Assembly: GCA_030295235.1 (NCBI GenBank)
Contig: AP026145.1
Coordinates: forward strand, 496,001-560,000
Reading direction: 5' to 3'
Source of the DNA: Fistulifera solaris
Lineage: Eukaryota
Length of the DNA stretch: 64,000 nucleotides
A model generated the notes under the pieces. That model did not search any database and was not told the DNA's origin. It was given only the letters and a program-made list of their open reading frames with translations. Made by a program: the position numbers and the translations under genes. Positions 22,001-34,713 of the stretch are shown piece after piece (the stretch's first letter is position 1; each line of letters opens with the position of its first letter).

Positions 22001-23582
22001 GCGTCAGCTGTTGAGGGTTCTGTTGCCACTGACTTGAATTCGCTTCAAAGTGCCATGGAACAAGTCCGTTTAAGTCAAAACAGTCCGAGACACGCTAGTA
22101 ATTCTGCACAAAATGGCGAAAGCAATCGTTACAAGTCCGAGCCGACAAATAGTCGACGCACCGCTTTCCAGCTCGGATTATCAAATGGAAATGTCGACTC
22201 CGTCGATCGCAGTCACAATCAGGAAACAGAAGATAGAGAGAAAGAAATTAGGCACCTTCGTGATCAGCTGGAAAGAGCACTTGCAGAAAAAAAGCGAAGT
22301 GGTCAAGATAGCAGAAGAAGCCATTATGACGCAGGCTGAACTGGAAGAACGTGTGCTAGAGCTGGAACGTCAACAATCACATGATACTCGCACGCTTCAG
22401 TCGGGAACGAATTTCATAAAAAACCATCAGCAAGAAAATGAGCACACAGATTACCAAATTGAAGTCAGCGGGATTGACACGAAGTTTGCGGCTCTTCAGA
22501 ATCGACTAATGCATTCAGAGCGAGAAAGAAACCGCCTCGAGGCAGAGGTCATCGATAGACAGCGGGAATATGTACAATTGATATCTAAATTTGACGGCTC
22601 ACTTGACAGCGACGACGTCCCAATTAGTGTCCAAGAGGACGACCTACGCCGACTGCTCATATCCAAAGATTCGACTATCGTGGGTCTTACCGAGGACAAG
22701 GAGAAGCTCACACATGAGATGTCGAAACTGATAGATGAAAGAAGTGCGCTTATTGATCAGCTGGAAGAATTAGAGAAAGAATTATCTTTTGTAAAGACAG
22801 AGAGGGATGATATGGCGACAAGAATGAATGCCGCACTAGAATCACAGGGCTCTTTAATTCAGGAACTGGAGGAAACAAGGCTTGAGCTTGATCGTCGCTT
22901 GTCTGATGTCCAGGAACTTTCTTCCAGTATTAAGAAATTACTGCGTGAGAAAGAAGAGTCTGATGCCTTGAACGAGCGTATGGAGGAAGCTTTGAGCTGC
23001 TTTGAGAGCGAAACGAGGTTCCGACTGGATAAAGTTTTGGACGATCGTCGCGAGGCTAAGTCTTTACTTGAAAACACTTTGAGAGACAACGCAAAATTGG
23101 TGGAAACTATCAAAAGTCTTCGCGAATCCCTTGAATCTACCAGGCAAGAAAGTGAAGAAGACAGGCTTCGTTACCACGAGGATAAAGCAGCAATCGAACA
23201 TTTGGAACGTGAGAACATGTTGCTTCGAGAGCAAAACCGTGAGATGAGGAGCGCCATTGACCTAAACGAGGGACGACCTCGTAGCTTTGACGTACCTCAC
23301 AGTGAAAGCTTCCAGGACATAAGATCTTCCGGTGACCGTGACGGTGGAAATCAGCTACGTGACGTTGGTTCCAGAGCGAAACTAGATCCAGCGAGGATTC
23401 TGTCTCCCATGAGCACATCGTCTATCCGCGCAGAGGATGTTGCCGCTTATATGGCTTTAACTGCCAAAGCATCACTGGACGAGAAGATCTTACTTGCTTC
23501 AATTGGCGATGCTAAAGATGCTGAGATAGAGGCTCTTCGTCTCAGAATTCGTCTCCTTGAGAGAAGAAAGGCTGAATACTAA
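19079..23582 (+). CDS. Kinesin-like protein: N-terminal motor domain, Ser-rich linker and long coiled coil (several frameshifts)
   Basis: P-loop ALGNSGKTETLFG, LSVLEV..LFDLL, IQFVDLG, IPYRDSALTKVLQRS, RTIVMASLSP..LTLRY; successive same-strand ORFs 19176, 19282, 20894, 21758 and 22113 tile one gene. The start at 19079 needs a frameshift near 19118. Confidence 0.8.
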
Positions 23583-24608
23583 TCAATAGCGTTCTTCAAA
23601 TAGCACGGTGGAGTAGACGAATCTGAATGAGGTTCTATCATGTAAACGAGGTGTAATAGAGATGTGATTTTGTGGAAATAATTTGAAGATCAACGCATTC
23701 CCTCTCTAGTAGACTAGTAGATCGTTTCTAGACTTCAAACCAAGCTGGTCTTGAAACAAGGATGTATGCTCCGTATAAGCCATCTTCCGGAATGTTTTGA
23801 GACTGTCTTGAAGGTGTTGACTTTCATCTTTTTTTTATTTAATTTAATAAATAAAAAAAAAATAGATGCCCTTTAGTCTTTAGTTCTGTTTGTGTTGTGC
23901 CTTGTGCCGCGCGCCGCATGCCGCATGTCGTCATGCCTACTGCTTTCTGCCACGTAATACGTGCTAGGAAAGATACTGGACAATAAGTATTGACCATTGA
24001 CCGTACTGTCGACGCGACTAAAAAGAATGAATGATGGTCATTTCTGAAATCATTGTAACAGTCTACTGTACATCCGCAGAAGGACGTGTTCTTTACGGGG
24101 CAGTCTGCTGCTTCTACTGCAATGTCTTCTGCATGATGGATTTGTATAGCTCTCAATGTACAGGTGTGGATCAATTTTTGGATCTTCTTCAACCAGTTAC
24201 TATCGGTAACACAGTAACAACCGTTTACCTCGCAGCTCGCTAATTCCAAACGACCAAATGCTAAAAAATCGAAAGAACAAAATCTGAAAGCCTATGCACC
24301 GCAACTTAGCTTATCTACATTACACACTATATACAAAATACAGTATAAATTTGTTGAGTACAATTAGCAGTTCTTTCCTTCTTTGGGGCAAATGCAAAGC
24401 CGTTTTACTACTGAAAAGACTTCTCCCGAAGGAATAGCGAATAGCGAATGCTCCGAGCAGAAGGCCGGTGCTGTCGTCTTCGGTCCGCAGCTGCGGAAGA
24501 ATTCTTGCGCGCTCGATCGAGGTGACAGCTGCCCGTTGCCCGCGTGTCAAAAGCAATCTGGCATCTTCCAAATGATGCAAAAGAAAAGGGCTCTATAATT
24601 TATCAACC

Positions 24609-25854
24609 ATGGAGACCCAAACGTTTGATTTGGGGGAAGAGTATCGTGATGCTCTTCCTCAACTAATTGCGGCGTTGGGATGCTCGAGGTCGGGTGCGGA
24701 GGACGTTAATTGTTCCGCAACGAAAAAAAGAAGCTTTGAGTTTCGATTCCGAGGTTGCACCTGTGAAGATAGTCATTGCTTGTCCTAGTCTTTCTCTTCA
24801 ACATGAACATGTTGAAAGCAAATCCATGGGACTGAGATCGCGCTCGCGAGAACAAGTGGCGGGTCATGCAGCTTCTCTCATGGCGCGAACTGAGAATATC
24901 ACTGTGGCATATTCTCACGGGAAGTTTACCGTCTGCAATGACAAGGAAAAGGAGCTTCTGGAAAATCTATACCAATCGTTTGCGATACTGGTTCATAGTA
25001 GGGTGCGAGCGTATACCACTATGATCGCACGCCATTGCACGACGCTTTCCGAAAAACTCGCTTCTTCGAATAAACATGTTGAAACGAGAAAAAGATACAT
25101 TGGGAAGCTAGATCGTCTTTTGAACGCCGCTCACGCTATCCATCTCGACAAAATGGCCACGACCTTTGAAGTGGAGAACCTCGATTTGGATACGGATGAC
25201 TCTGTGAGTCCGCTCTTGTTCGGCTTTCAGATTGATCTGGGCCTTCCAGCATCCAACGCCCAAAATAGCTCAGCGTACAAGATGGCGATCAAAGTCCCAG
25301 GCGAGGCAAAAGGTACGAAATTTCACTCGTGTACTGCTTTGCAACACTTCGCATTGTAAACTAAAGTCTGTTGCTCTGCAGTCACCGCAAAGGATTCCAT
25401 TTTGATCACCATCGACACGGATGAACTTCTGTGGACGCTCGTGGAGAAGGCTTCGGAAGTTGTGGATCTACTGGCGGAACACCTGACGGATCCTAGCCGC
25501 TCGAATACCGCCCCGATGCCTCGAAGCAGTAGTTTCCTGAGCATGCCCCCTCCCAAGCCGCGTGATCCCTCGCTTCAAGCCGGTTTGCATCTTCTGAGTA
25601 GCGCTGCGCTGGCGTCTTCGCCTCCAGTGGTATCTCCCGATGTGGGTGCCAAGCCTTCGATCTGTTCCGATGCACCTATTCCGACACTGATTTTGACGGA
25701 CGCCAAATTAGAGTCGGATGTGGAAGATGACGACTTTTCGCACTTTTCCGTCGACCAATGCGAGAATATTGTGGATAACATATTCTGCAGCGGAATAGAC
25801 GAGACCGTGTTCGGGGTGCCACCTTCCAAGAAAATGAAGTTAGAATCCTTCTAA
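24609..25854 (+). CDS. Hypothetical protein, 2 exons (intron ~25313-25381; frameshift near 24740)
   Basis: ATG at 24609; ORFs 24667-25359 and 25402-25854 joined by a GTACG...TGCAG intron; C-terminal PPSKKMK NLS-like motif. Confidence 0.7.
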
Positions 25855-26484
25855 CTTCGACAACGACTTTCTATATGTTCCATTTGACTCGGGATAATTC
25901 TGCCTATTCCATCCCGACCTGTTCCTTCCAATCATCTTTCAATTTTGCTGAACATACTACGCTACGACGGGCAAGCCGCCCATTAGAATTTCGCGCTTTC
26001 TTCCTCACATTCCCGCACACTGTAACGATAATTAGAGGGGAAGACTGCTGGGACTATTTAAGAAATGACGAGAGAACTGCAAGGTATCACTGACATTAAG
26101 TAATAAACTACCCTTGCTATGTGAATGTCGTACTGTAAATCCTAGCCACGTTGGGACCGTTGACTCGAGTCACGAACTCCTGATTCACGCTTTCGCACAT
26201 CCAGTCGTGACGAAATGTTCAACGGAAGTTTCATTGGAGTCTGTAGAAACTGTTTACGTTATACAAAAACGGAAGTGCACCGCACGCCTGTCAGCCTTCC
26301 CCCTGCAACGGAGCGCGCACTCGATTTTTTCTGCCTCCAACGGTTCCGCCGGCGTTTTTCTATTTCATAACACACACACTTGTGTTACGCACTCCCTCTT
26401 GCAAACGAATGGAAGAGAGCATCTCCTCTTTGTAACAACAAAAGCGAATCAACTCTACAAACAAAACACAACAAACTACATAAA

Positions 26485-29400
26485 ATGCGCTGGGCGGCAG
26501 TAGCATTACTCGTCACAACAGCATGCGCGGACGACCGCACGTTACTCCGCGAGTTGTTCGATAACACCGGCGGTCCCTCGTGGTCCGACAATTACGGCTG
26601 GTCCGAAAATCTCAGCAATTTGTGCGAATGGACGGGCGTGACGTGTGCAAGTGAAATGTCTCCCGAATCCGTCGTGGGAATTCCTTCCGACAGTGTGGTG
26701 GGCATCGAACTGCCGCGCAACTTTTTGTCGGGACGCATTCCCAGCACCTTCTGGACGTTGCCGTATTTGATCTTTGTCGATGTTTCCTTCAATGCGGGTC
26801 TCGAAGTGAACTTGGAAGGCGTTGCGAATGCGAAACTGGAATGGTTGAGTTTCGATGAAACCGCGACGCGCAGTGTGGAAGGGATTTCCGGACTCGCGGG
26901 TACGTTGACGAGTCTGCACATGTCGGGCATTCCCCTCGAAGGGGAATTTCCCACCGAAATCTTGCAATTGACGGCCCTCGAATATCTTTTCATGTCGTCT
27001 TCGGGAATCAGTGGGACGATTCCCGCGGAAATTGCGCAATTGTCGCAGTTGGTGGAATTGGATTTGTCGGAAAACGCCTTGACCGGAGCCATCCCCAATG
27101 CGGTGACACTCCTCATCAATCTCGAACTCTTGTCGCTGCGCAGCAATCGTTTGACTGAGAATTTGAGTTATTTGAACTTTGATGATCTGGCACAACTGAA
27201 ATTCCTCTATCTGAACGGAAATCAGTTGACGGGTTCGATTCCGTCCTTCAGCTCGCAACAAAATTTCGAAGAGATCCTCTTGAATAAAAATGCCTTTTCG
27301 GGGGCCATCCCGGACAATTTTATGGTGTCGGCGGTCAATAACGGAAATATGACGGTCGTGGTGGATTTGTCGGACAACATGCTGGATACCATTCCGGAAT
27401 CACTCGATAATTTGGAGCATCTTTTTCTCGACCTTCGTCTGGCCGACAATCACTTCACGGTCCTACCCACCAACCTTTGTGACAATGTGAACTGGCCGGG
27501 TGTCGCCGAATTTCATTGCAGTGGCATTGTTTGCCCGGCGCAGACGTATGCGCCGCAGGGACGTGCGACGGCCGCCAATGAGTGTACGCCCTGCGGGACG
27601 GGTGAATATCTCGGTGCTGTCGTCTGTCTGGTGCAAGATGAATATAGTGTGTTAGAGCAATTGTTCTTGAATACAGACGGCGAAGCGTCATGGAAAGTGA
27701 AGTGGACTCTGACGGACCGAAACTATTGTGCTTGGAAGGGTGTACACTGTGACGCGCAAGGTCACGTCACCCGCATTTATGTACCCAACAATGGTCTCAA
27801 GGGAGCCGTCCCCGAAACCATCTTCCATTTGCCAAACCTCATTGACCTTGATTTGAGTCGCAATGATATCACGGTTCCCTTTGATCGTATTGCGGATGCA
27901 CAAAGTTTGGCTTCTCTCAATATTGCCTACACGCTCACTGGCGACTTTGCGCCTCTCACCAGTCTCAACAAGGAAGGGCCGTTGCAGCGTTTTTATGCGG
28001 ACGGAATTCCGATCAGTGGCACGTTACCTAGCGAAATCTGCGCCATTCGCACTCTGAAGACGCTTTCGCTTTCGGATTGCAAATTGATCGGGGAGATTCC
28101 CACCGAGATTGGTAATCTAGGTCGACTTGAGGAATTGTACTTGCAAGGAAATGAACTGAGAGGGACTCTCCCGTCGCAAATCGGTCAGCTCCAAAATCTG
28201 AAAGCGTTTTCAGCGGCCAAGAATCAAATGACGGGCACTCTCCCATCGCAGCTGTTGCGCATGCCCAATCTGGAAGCATTATCGCTTGCCAGCCAGAAAG
28301 GCAAAGGATTCTCGGGTGCCATCCCTTCATTTGAGGCAAGCTCCAAATTAACATCTGTTTTCCTCAACGACAACGCCTTCACCGGACAGGTTCCCGAAAC
28401 GCTTTTGCGAATGGCTGACTTGGATGCTAGTCTTACCGTGCAACTGTCCAACAACAACATCAATGGAACGTTGCCCGGTGCTTTGGCCAAATTCTCAGCC
28501 CTTAATCTGTATGTCGAAGGTAACTCGATCACCGATATCGATTCTCGTCTGTGCGAGATTGAGAACTGGATGAGCGGTTCCGTAGGAAAATACGGATGTG
28601 CCGCAATCCTTTGCCCCGCCGCAACTCAGGGTGGACGCCAGATCTTTGAGGACGAGCCTTGTGAGCCTTGCACTACGGAAGCTGGATCGCTGCTCGGACA
28701 GAAATCTTGTGGAGACGGATCGGACAGTCCGGCCTTTTCCGGTTCGGAGCAAGAGATTTTGGAACTCTTATACAAACAGACTGGTGGTGTAGGATGGCAT
28801 AATCAGGATCTTTGGCTTAGTGAAGAATCTATTTGTCAGTGGCACGGTGTGGGGTGCAATACAAATGGGCAAGTCACATCACTAACGCTTGGCGCGAATC
28901 AACTGATCGGAAACTTCCCCTCCGAAATCTACCAGCTACCCGCTTTGCAACGGATAGTTATCTTCTCCAACAAAATCAACTTTAGCTTTGAGGGAATCAA
29001 GAATGCCGCGAACTTGAAAGTTCTCGTCCTCGATTCCACAGGCCTTACTTCGCTTCGCGGTGTTGGTAACGCTCCAGCGCTTGAGGTACGTGCTGTCTGC
29101 TTTTCTCGGTTCAAGCTGTTCAGATATTTGCTCACATGTTTTTTCTTAGGGTCTCAACGTACGTTTCAACAAATTGACGGGAGAAATGCCCCAAGATCTT
29201 TCTCGACTTGAATCCTTAAAGTCCTTAGATATTTCGGATAATCAATTGTCGGAAAGCATCCCTGCTTGGATGGGCTCCATGAAGTCGCTGGCATCGTTTA
29301 AGGCATCAAACAACAAATTCTCTGGAGAGTTGTACGATTTTGCTGACATGCCTCGTTTGACTTATGTCGACTTGTCGAACAACGCTTTAACCGGTACCAT

Positions 29401-29802
29401 CCCCTCTACCATACTTATGAATGCTGACCCCAGCAAGAAGATCTTTTGTCATTGTCCAATAATCGCCTTTCGGGTGAAATCCCCAATACTTTGGCATCCC
29501 TTCCCAAGTTAGATTTGAACGTAGCCAACAACGAAATTACCAGTATTGGCGGGGGATTATGCACCATGTCTTCCTGGAACGAGATGCAAGTGTCCTATTA
29601 TGGATGCGATGGCATTGCCTGCCCAATTGGAACATCGAGTGCGTCAGGTCGTCAAACTGCCGAAGACCGACCGTGTTCGCCATGCGCCAAAGCCCAGTTT
29701 ATGGGCAGCACCGTCTGTGACACCAGCGACGCATTTAGCTCAAGGTCCGTTGTTGGGCTCCTCTTTGCAACTTTTGTTGGATTGACGGCTCTCATTTCGT
29801 AG
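26485..29802 (+). CDS. Secreted or cell-surface leucine-rich repeat protein with three LRR modules
   Basis: Signal peptide MRWAAVALLVTTACA; three N-caps (L..L...TGG..W...W....C.W.GV.C); plant-type LRRs (L.L..N.L.G.IP); Cys-rich C-caps; intron 29086-29149; frameshift near 29446; hydrophobic C-terminus (TM or GPI signal). Confidence 0.9.
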
Positions 29803-30061
29803 AGTCAATTAACATCCATAATAAAAACAGTAATTACATCTTAGTGATTCTCCTTCCGGTGTTTCTAATAATTTCGACTTGGTTCATATCTTATAAATTA
29901 ACCCGAAATGTCGGACTGCGCTCGTACATTACACTTTCTCTCTAGGTTGATGAAGTGTTGACAGCAGGTTGCTTAGTTTTTCAGTCTGGGAGATGCGTGA
30001 CTGACTCTGCCAGATTTCATTTCTCATTTTCGCACTTTACGAAAAAGATGACACAGTCAAA

Positions 30062-31307
30062 ATGCTTCTCATTCCGACTTCGCTTCTTGCCTTTTTGTTA
30101 TTCCTCTGCTGTCTCCTTTCTTCAATATATGCTATCCACATGATGAGTAGTAGTGATACTTTTTCGAGGCAAATCCCACCGCTGATGCGCACCATCGTGT
30201 ACGGCAAAACCGTCGGAAGTTACGCGCTGCGTCACGAAGTTACCGTCCCCAAACCCAAAAAGAATCAGATTCTCGTTCGTGTTCATGCTGTCGGATTGAA
30301 TCCAGTCGATGCAAAGGGCGTAATCGGTGACAAGCTTCCTCGATGGGACAAACTTCGCAACGTGGTTCATGAACACGCCGTGAAGGGTCACATTCCGGGC
30401 TTTGATTTTGCCGGTACCGTCGTCGATGCTTCGCAATCGAGTTTTGCGGTGGGTACCGCTGTCTTTGGCACCATGCCGCCGCTGCAAGGGACACTGGCAG
30501 AATACATTGCTGTGCCGCTGGATCAAGTGTGGGAAATGCCCGTCAAAAGTGCGACTACTCCGACATCTGCTGACTTTGTGAATGCGGCAGCTCTCCCTCT
30601 GGTGGGTCTGACGGGACTGCAATGCTTGCAACCGCATCTGGAGAATCTACCTTCCGTTCTTGTATTGGGGGCGAGTGGTGGAACGGGTCATGTGATGTTG
30701 CAAATCGCTCAGTGTTTGGGGGCACGGCATGTTACTGCCGTATGCTCGGCTAAGAATTTTGATTTCTGTGAAGAAAATGGAGCTACCGATGTGATTGATT
30801 ATCATGAGCCTGAATTGATGAAGAAGCTACAAGAGGCTTCCGGTTGTCCTTATGATTTCGTCATGGATTGTGTTACTTCGGAAGACCCTCGTGATAAGGA
30901 CAAAGTTCATTACCCAACGTTACTACAAGAACAAAAGGATTCTTTGCTTTCGCCAAACTACGTTTATAGACGACTGGGAGGTGCTACTAGTGATTGGATA
31001 CGAGCAAGTCTGCAACGAGTCGTCTCCGGAGGTGCAGGAGGCCCCAAAGGGTCTTTTCTTTTGGTGGAGACTGGGTGCAGCAAGTTCCAACGAACAACTC
31101 TTCTGGGTGCGATTTCATCAGACATGTCACGAATTAGAACAACTCGCCCAATGGGTAAAGGAAGGCAAACTGAAACCATCCGTTCAGGAAGTCTACCCAT
31201 TTTCGGAAAAAGGCGTTCAATCTGCCATGGACGCTATACTTTCGCGAAGGGTTAGAGGCAAGGTTGTTGTACAAATATATCCCCAACTTTCGGAACAAGA
31301 AGTTTAG
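30062..31307 (+). CDS. MDR-family NAD(P)H:quinone oxidoreductase (RTN4IP1/ceQORH-like), frameshift near 31020
   Basis: VHAVGLNPVD, PGFDFAGTV, GTLAEY, AAALPLVGLT, VLVLGASGGTGH; C-terminal ..GKVVV in the second frame. Confidence 0.88.
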
Positions 31308-31548
31308 AGATTGAATCGCGCTAGGTTATATGACTTCTGCTGCTTGTATATCAATTTTCTTTGTGTCAGGTCTATTTTACGTAAGGTATCCGCGTAGACA
31401 AAGGCAAAAGAATTTAACCGTTCCTTGCAATGAACAAGCGCTTCTGTCTAATTTCATCCGGAATATACTCTATTTGATCATTCATATTATGGAGTATACT
31501 ATTGAATGGAAAGACGTTATTGCACGCCGCTGAAATCTAGCGGACAAC

Positions 31549-31801
31549 CCGTGACTGAAACCCAGTCGAGGGTGGCTTAAACCAACACGTTGGTGTTATA
31601 GTGCAAATGACATTTAACATTTAACACACCGAACGCTTCTCGACGAGTTTTTATCAACAATAACGTTTCGATTGAAGAAGATAATCAGCAACGACATCGT
31701 CAACGCCATTACGTTTTAATACAAGTTGTACAATTGTTTGCGGGCCTACTAGTTGTTGCGCGTTTCAACCAAATTAGATCATGACTGAAATCCAGTCGTG
31801 G
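31549..31801 (-). repeat. Inverted member of the ~230-bp dyad-marked repeat family seen at 2.75-3.36 kb
   Basis: Dyads at 31549-31571 and 31779-31801 (230 bp apart); 31579-31603 aaccaacacgttggtgttatagt matches the reverse complement of 3308-3330 (aactaacactttggggttatagt). Confidence 0.7.
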
Positions 31802-31931
31802 TTTGTTAATATTGCTTCGCCGCGCCACGCGGACGAAGCTTTTGTAAAACTTACCTGGTACCTTGTACGATTTCCTGGGAGCGTGAAAATACAACAGGTC
31901 CTGAATTTCTGGACCGCGTAAAAAATACCAC

Positions 31932-33000
31932 GCTGTAGGACCTAAAATACCGATTCCAGAAATTCTGGAACATAGGCAGGAATTCTGTGTGACCAAAAAA
32001 ACCTCGAATCCAGAAATTCTGGACCAGTCACAAATTCTATGTGTAACGCAAAACAACGATACCGGCCTCTCTGCAGGGCACACAGGACGGTTGATGGATG
32101 CAAAACACCCAATCCAGAATTTCTGGAACATCAACACAATCTTTCATTGACCGAAAATGGAAATTCCAGAATTTCTGGAATGCACGGAAAATCTCTGAGT
32201 GACGCAAAACCCCGATTCCAGGATTACCGGAACGTTCTGAAAATATCTGTGTGATTTTAAACACCGGTTTCAACTTTTCTGGATTGCCCACAGAGTTGCT
32301 GTAGGACCTAAAATACCGATTCCAGAAATTCTGGAACATAGACAGGAATTCTGTGTGACCAAAAAAACCTCGATTCCAAGAAATTCTGGACCGGTCACAA
32401 ATTCTATGTGTAACGCAAAACAACGATACCGGCCTGTCTGCAGGGCACACAGGACGGTTGATGGATGCAAAACACCCATTCCAGAATTTCTGGAACATCA
32501 ACACAATCTTTCATTGACCGAAAATGGAAATTCCAGAATTTCTGGAATGCACGGAAAATCTCTGAGTGACGCAAAACCCCGATTCCAGGATTACCGGAAC
32601 GTTCTGAAAATATCTGTGTGATTTTAAACACCGGTTTCAACTTTTCTGGATTGCCCACAGAGTTGCTGTAGGACCTAAAACACCGATTCCAGAAATTCTG
32701 GAACATAGGCAGGAATTCTGTGTGACCAAAAAAACATCGATTCTTCCAGAAATTCTGGACCGTGCACAAATTCTATGTGTAACGCAAAACAACGATACCG
32801 GCCTGTCTGTAGGGCACACAGGACGTTTGATGGAAGCAAACCACCTTCCAGATATTCTGGAGTTGAACGGACACCTTTTTTATAGAGCTATTTAACGTTT
32901 CCAGAAACTCCGGAAGGCTTATGGAATTTCTTGTTTTTGAAGTTACACAGAGTTTCTGTTTGATGCAACAAGACAACTTCTTCAGAATTTCTGGAACACC
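31932..33000 (+). repeat. Higher-order tandem repeat: 366-367-bp unit (about 2.5 copies) built from seven ~52-bp monomers
   Basis: Unit starts gctgtaggacctaaaa at 31932, 32298 and 32665; palindromic core TTCCAGAAWTTCTGGAA recurs about every 52 bp; diverged monomers continue to ~33000. Confidence 0.93.
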
Positions 33001-33147
33001 AAGTACCTGGTGATGCTGCGTGGAATTGCGAACTCCACGATAGGGAGTAACCTAACCTTATTTCGTGATTAAAATTAGTCAGTCGCGTACATGAGGCCCG
33101 CTCGTTGCAATCGCAAGCAATAATTATGGACAAGTCAAATTACAACT

Positions 33148-33610
33148 CCCTCAGGTTTTCTGGATATTTGTCGAAATACCAACTGTTCAGATTTTCTAGA
33201 GACGTCGAAATACCACTTGCCCAGGTCTGGTCACGTCAGAATACCACTCACCCAGATTTTCTGGGAATGTGAAAATACATCAGGTCCAGATTTTCTGGAC
33301 CACGTGTAAACAGTAAACACCACTCCCCCAGATTTTCTGGGAACTTGAAGATACAACAAGTCCGGATTTTCTGGACAACGTGTAAACACCACGCACCCAG
33401 CTTTTCTGGGAACTTGAAATACAACTGGTCCAGATTTTCTGGACCACCTGTAAATAACAATACCCAGATTTTCTGGAAGTTTGAAAACATCATCTCCAGA
33501 TTTTCTGGACCATGTGCAAACACCAATACTCCCAGGTGTAAACACCAAACCCCCAGATTTTCTGGAAACTTGAGAACACAACTGGTCCAGATTTTCTGGA
33601 CCACGTGTAC
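33148..33610 (+). repeat. Minisatellite of ~34-bp units with A/B alternation
   Basis: Core CCAGATTTTCTGG followed alternately by gaacttgaaRatacaac.ggt and accacgtgtaaacacca; about 13 cores. Confidence 0.9.
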
Positions 33611-33819
33611 GGTGTAGTGTATCGGCTTGATAAGCGCGATGACGATGATTGATGCTGATGTGTCAAGAAGACAATGGCAGTCATTCGCATTCATGACGAA
33701 CCTCTAGACTACTGATACAAACAAATAAGGAGCTTTTTGTGGTGATAAACATCATCCAGCCGTGTTTCGTTTAACAGATTTGTGCTGGTGAAGACATTTT
33801 TTTATTAAAAAAAAAGCCG

Positions 33820-34503
33820 ATGAAAAGGAAAGTCGCCACGACAATCAGCCCCGGTTTCTTATTCCTGCTAGTTGCCGGGCTATGGAACCAATGTGAAGGC
33901 TGGGTCCCCTCAAGAAATAGTGTCCAGAGCTCCACGAAACTGCATGCTCATGATCCGAAACGCCGTGCACTTTTTCCTATGCTACTATACTTTCCTGCTA
34001 CGGCTTGGGCCAAAGACCTGGGCGAGGAATATCGGCAAGGGACCGCGGCATTGGCGAATATGGACGATGCGGCCCCTGTGCCCCAAGACGCCTACAAGAA
34101 GTTGCCGTCGGGAGTTGTTTACGCCGATCTTCGACCCGGATCCGGAACCGAAACGGCTCAACAAGGTTCTCGTGTAAATCTTCAATGGGTGCTGCGGCGA
34201 TCGAATGGATATTTTGTCGACAGTTCTGAGCGTAATGATGGAGTTCCCTTCATTTTCGAGGTGGGAGATGGTAAGGCGATTCAAGGGATTGACGAAGGAG
34301 TGCGAGGCATGAAAGTTGGTGGAGTACGCCGTATCCTGATACCACCTTCGTTAGCGTATGTGGAGGGACTCGAGGATGGCAAACCAGGACCCCTTCCGGC
34401 ATGCTTCGGCCCACGGCAACAAATGAGACGTGTGATGAATGTGCGAAAAGATGTCCCGGGCGAGTATGTGTTCCTTGAAGTACAACTGACACGCTTGCGC
34501 TAA
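33820..34503 (+). CDS. FKBP-type peptidyl-prolyl isomerase, likely thylakoid lumen (FKBP16-1-like)
   Basis: Signal peptide with CEG-W cleavage, RR + hydrophobic stretch + AWA lumen-targeting signal; LRRSNGYFVDSS, F.VG...I.G.DEGVRGMKVGGVRRILIPPSLAY. Confidence 0.9.
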   Translation: MKRKVATTISPGFLFLLVAGLWNQCEGWVPSRNSVQSSTKLHAHDPKRRALFPMLLYFPATAWAKDLGEEYRQGTAALANMDDAAPVPQDAYKKLPSGVVYADLRPGSGTETAQQGSRVNLQWVLRRSNGYFVDSSERNDGVPFIFEVGDGKAIQGIDEGVRGMKVGGVRRILIPPSLAYVEGLEDGKPGPLPACFGPRQQMRRVMNVRKDVPGEYVFLEVQLTRLR

Positions 34504-34713
34504 CATGAAAGCACAAAGAAACAAGGCAATCAAGTGATTTAAGTTTACGCAATATGAGATTACTCTATAACGTAAAAGAAAAATACTGAGTAATGAGTTA
34601 TCCCACGCGAACCCGTGAAGATAATTGACGGGAAGTGTGTACAGAGAATAGGTTTCTTTCGGGTCACTCGTTGCTCGTCTCATCGTTTGGCGAGACTCAC
34701 CAGAAGGATTCAC

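Noticed and set aside
31932..33610. CRISPR array (palindromic repeats with regular spacing)
   Set aside because: The 'spacers' are homologous to each other and repeat in blocks, the repeats are degenerate, there are no cas genes, and the context is eukaryotic. It is a minisatellite.
31549..33610. Centromere
   Set aside because: Characterised diatom centromeres are defined by markedly low GC; this array is not obviously AT-rich by eye, and the call needs CENH3 data.
31709..33694. Repetitive ORFs in the track (PENLG.., FQKFW.., SRISG..)
   Set aside because: These are translations of the satellite in several frames on both strands, with no consistent coding frame.
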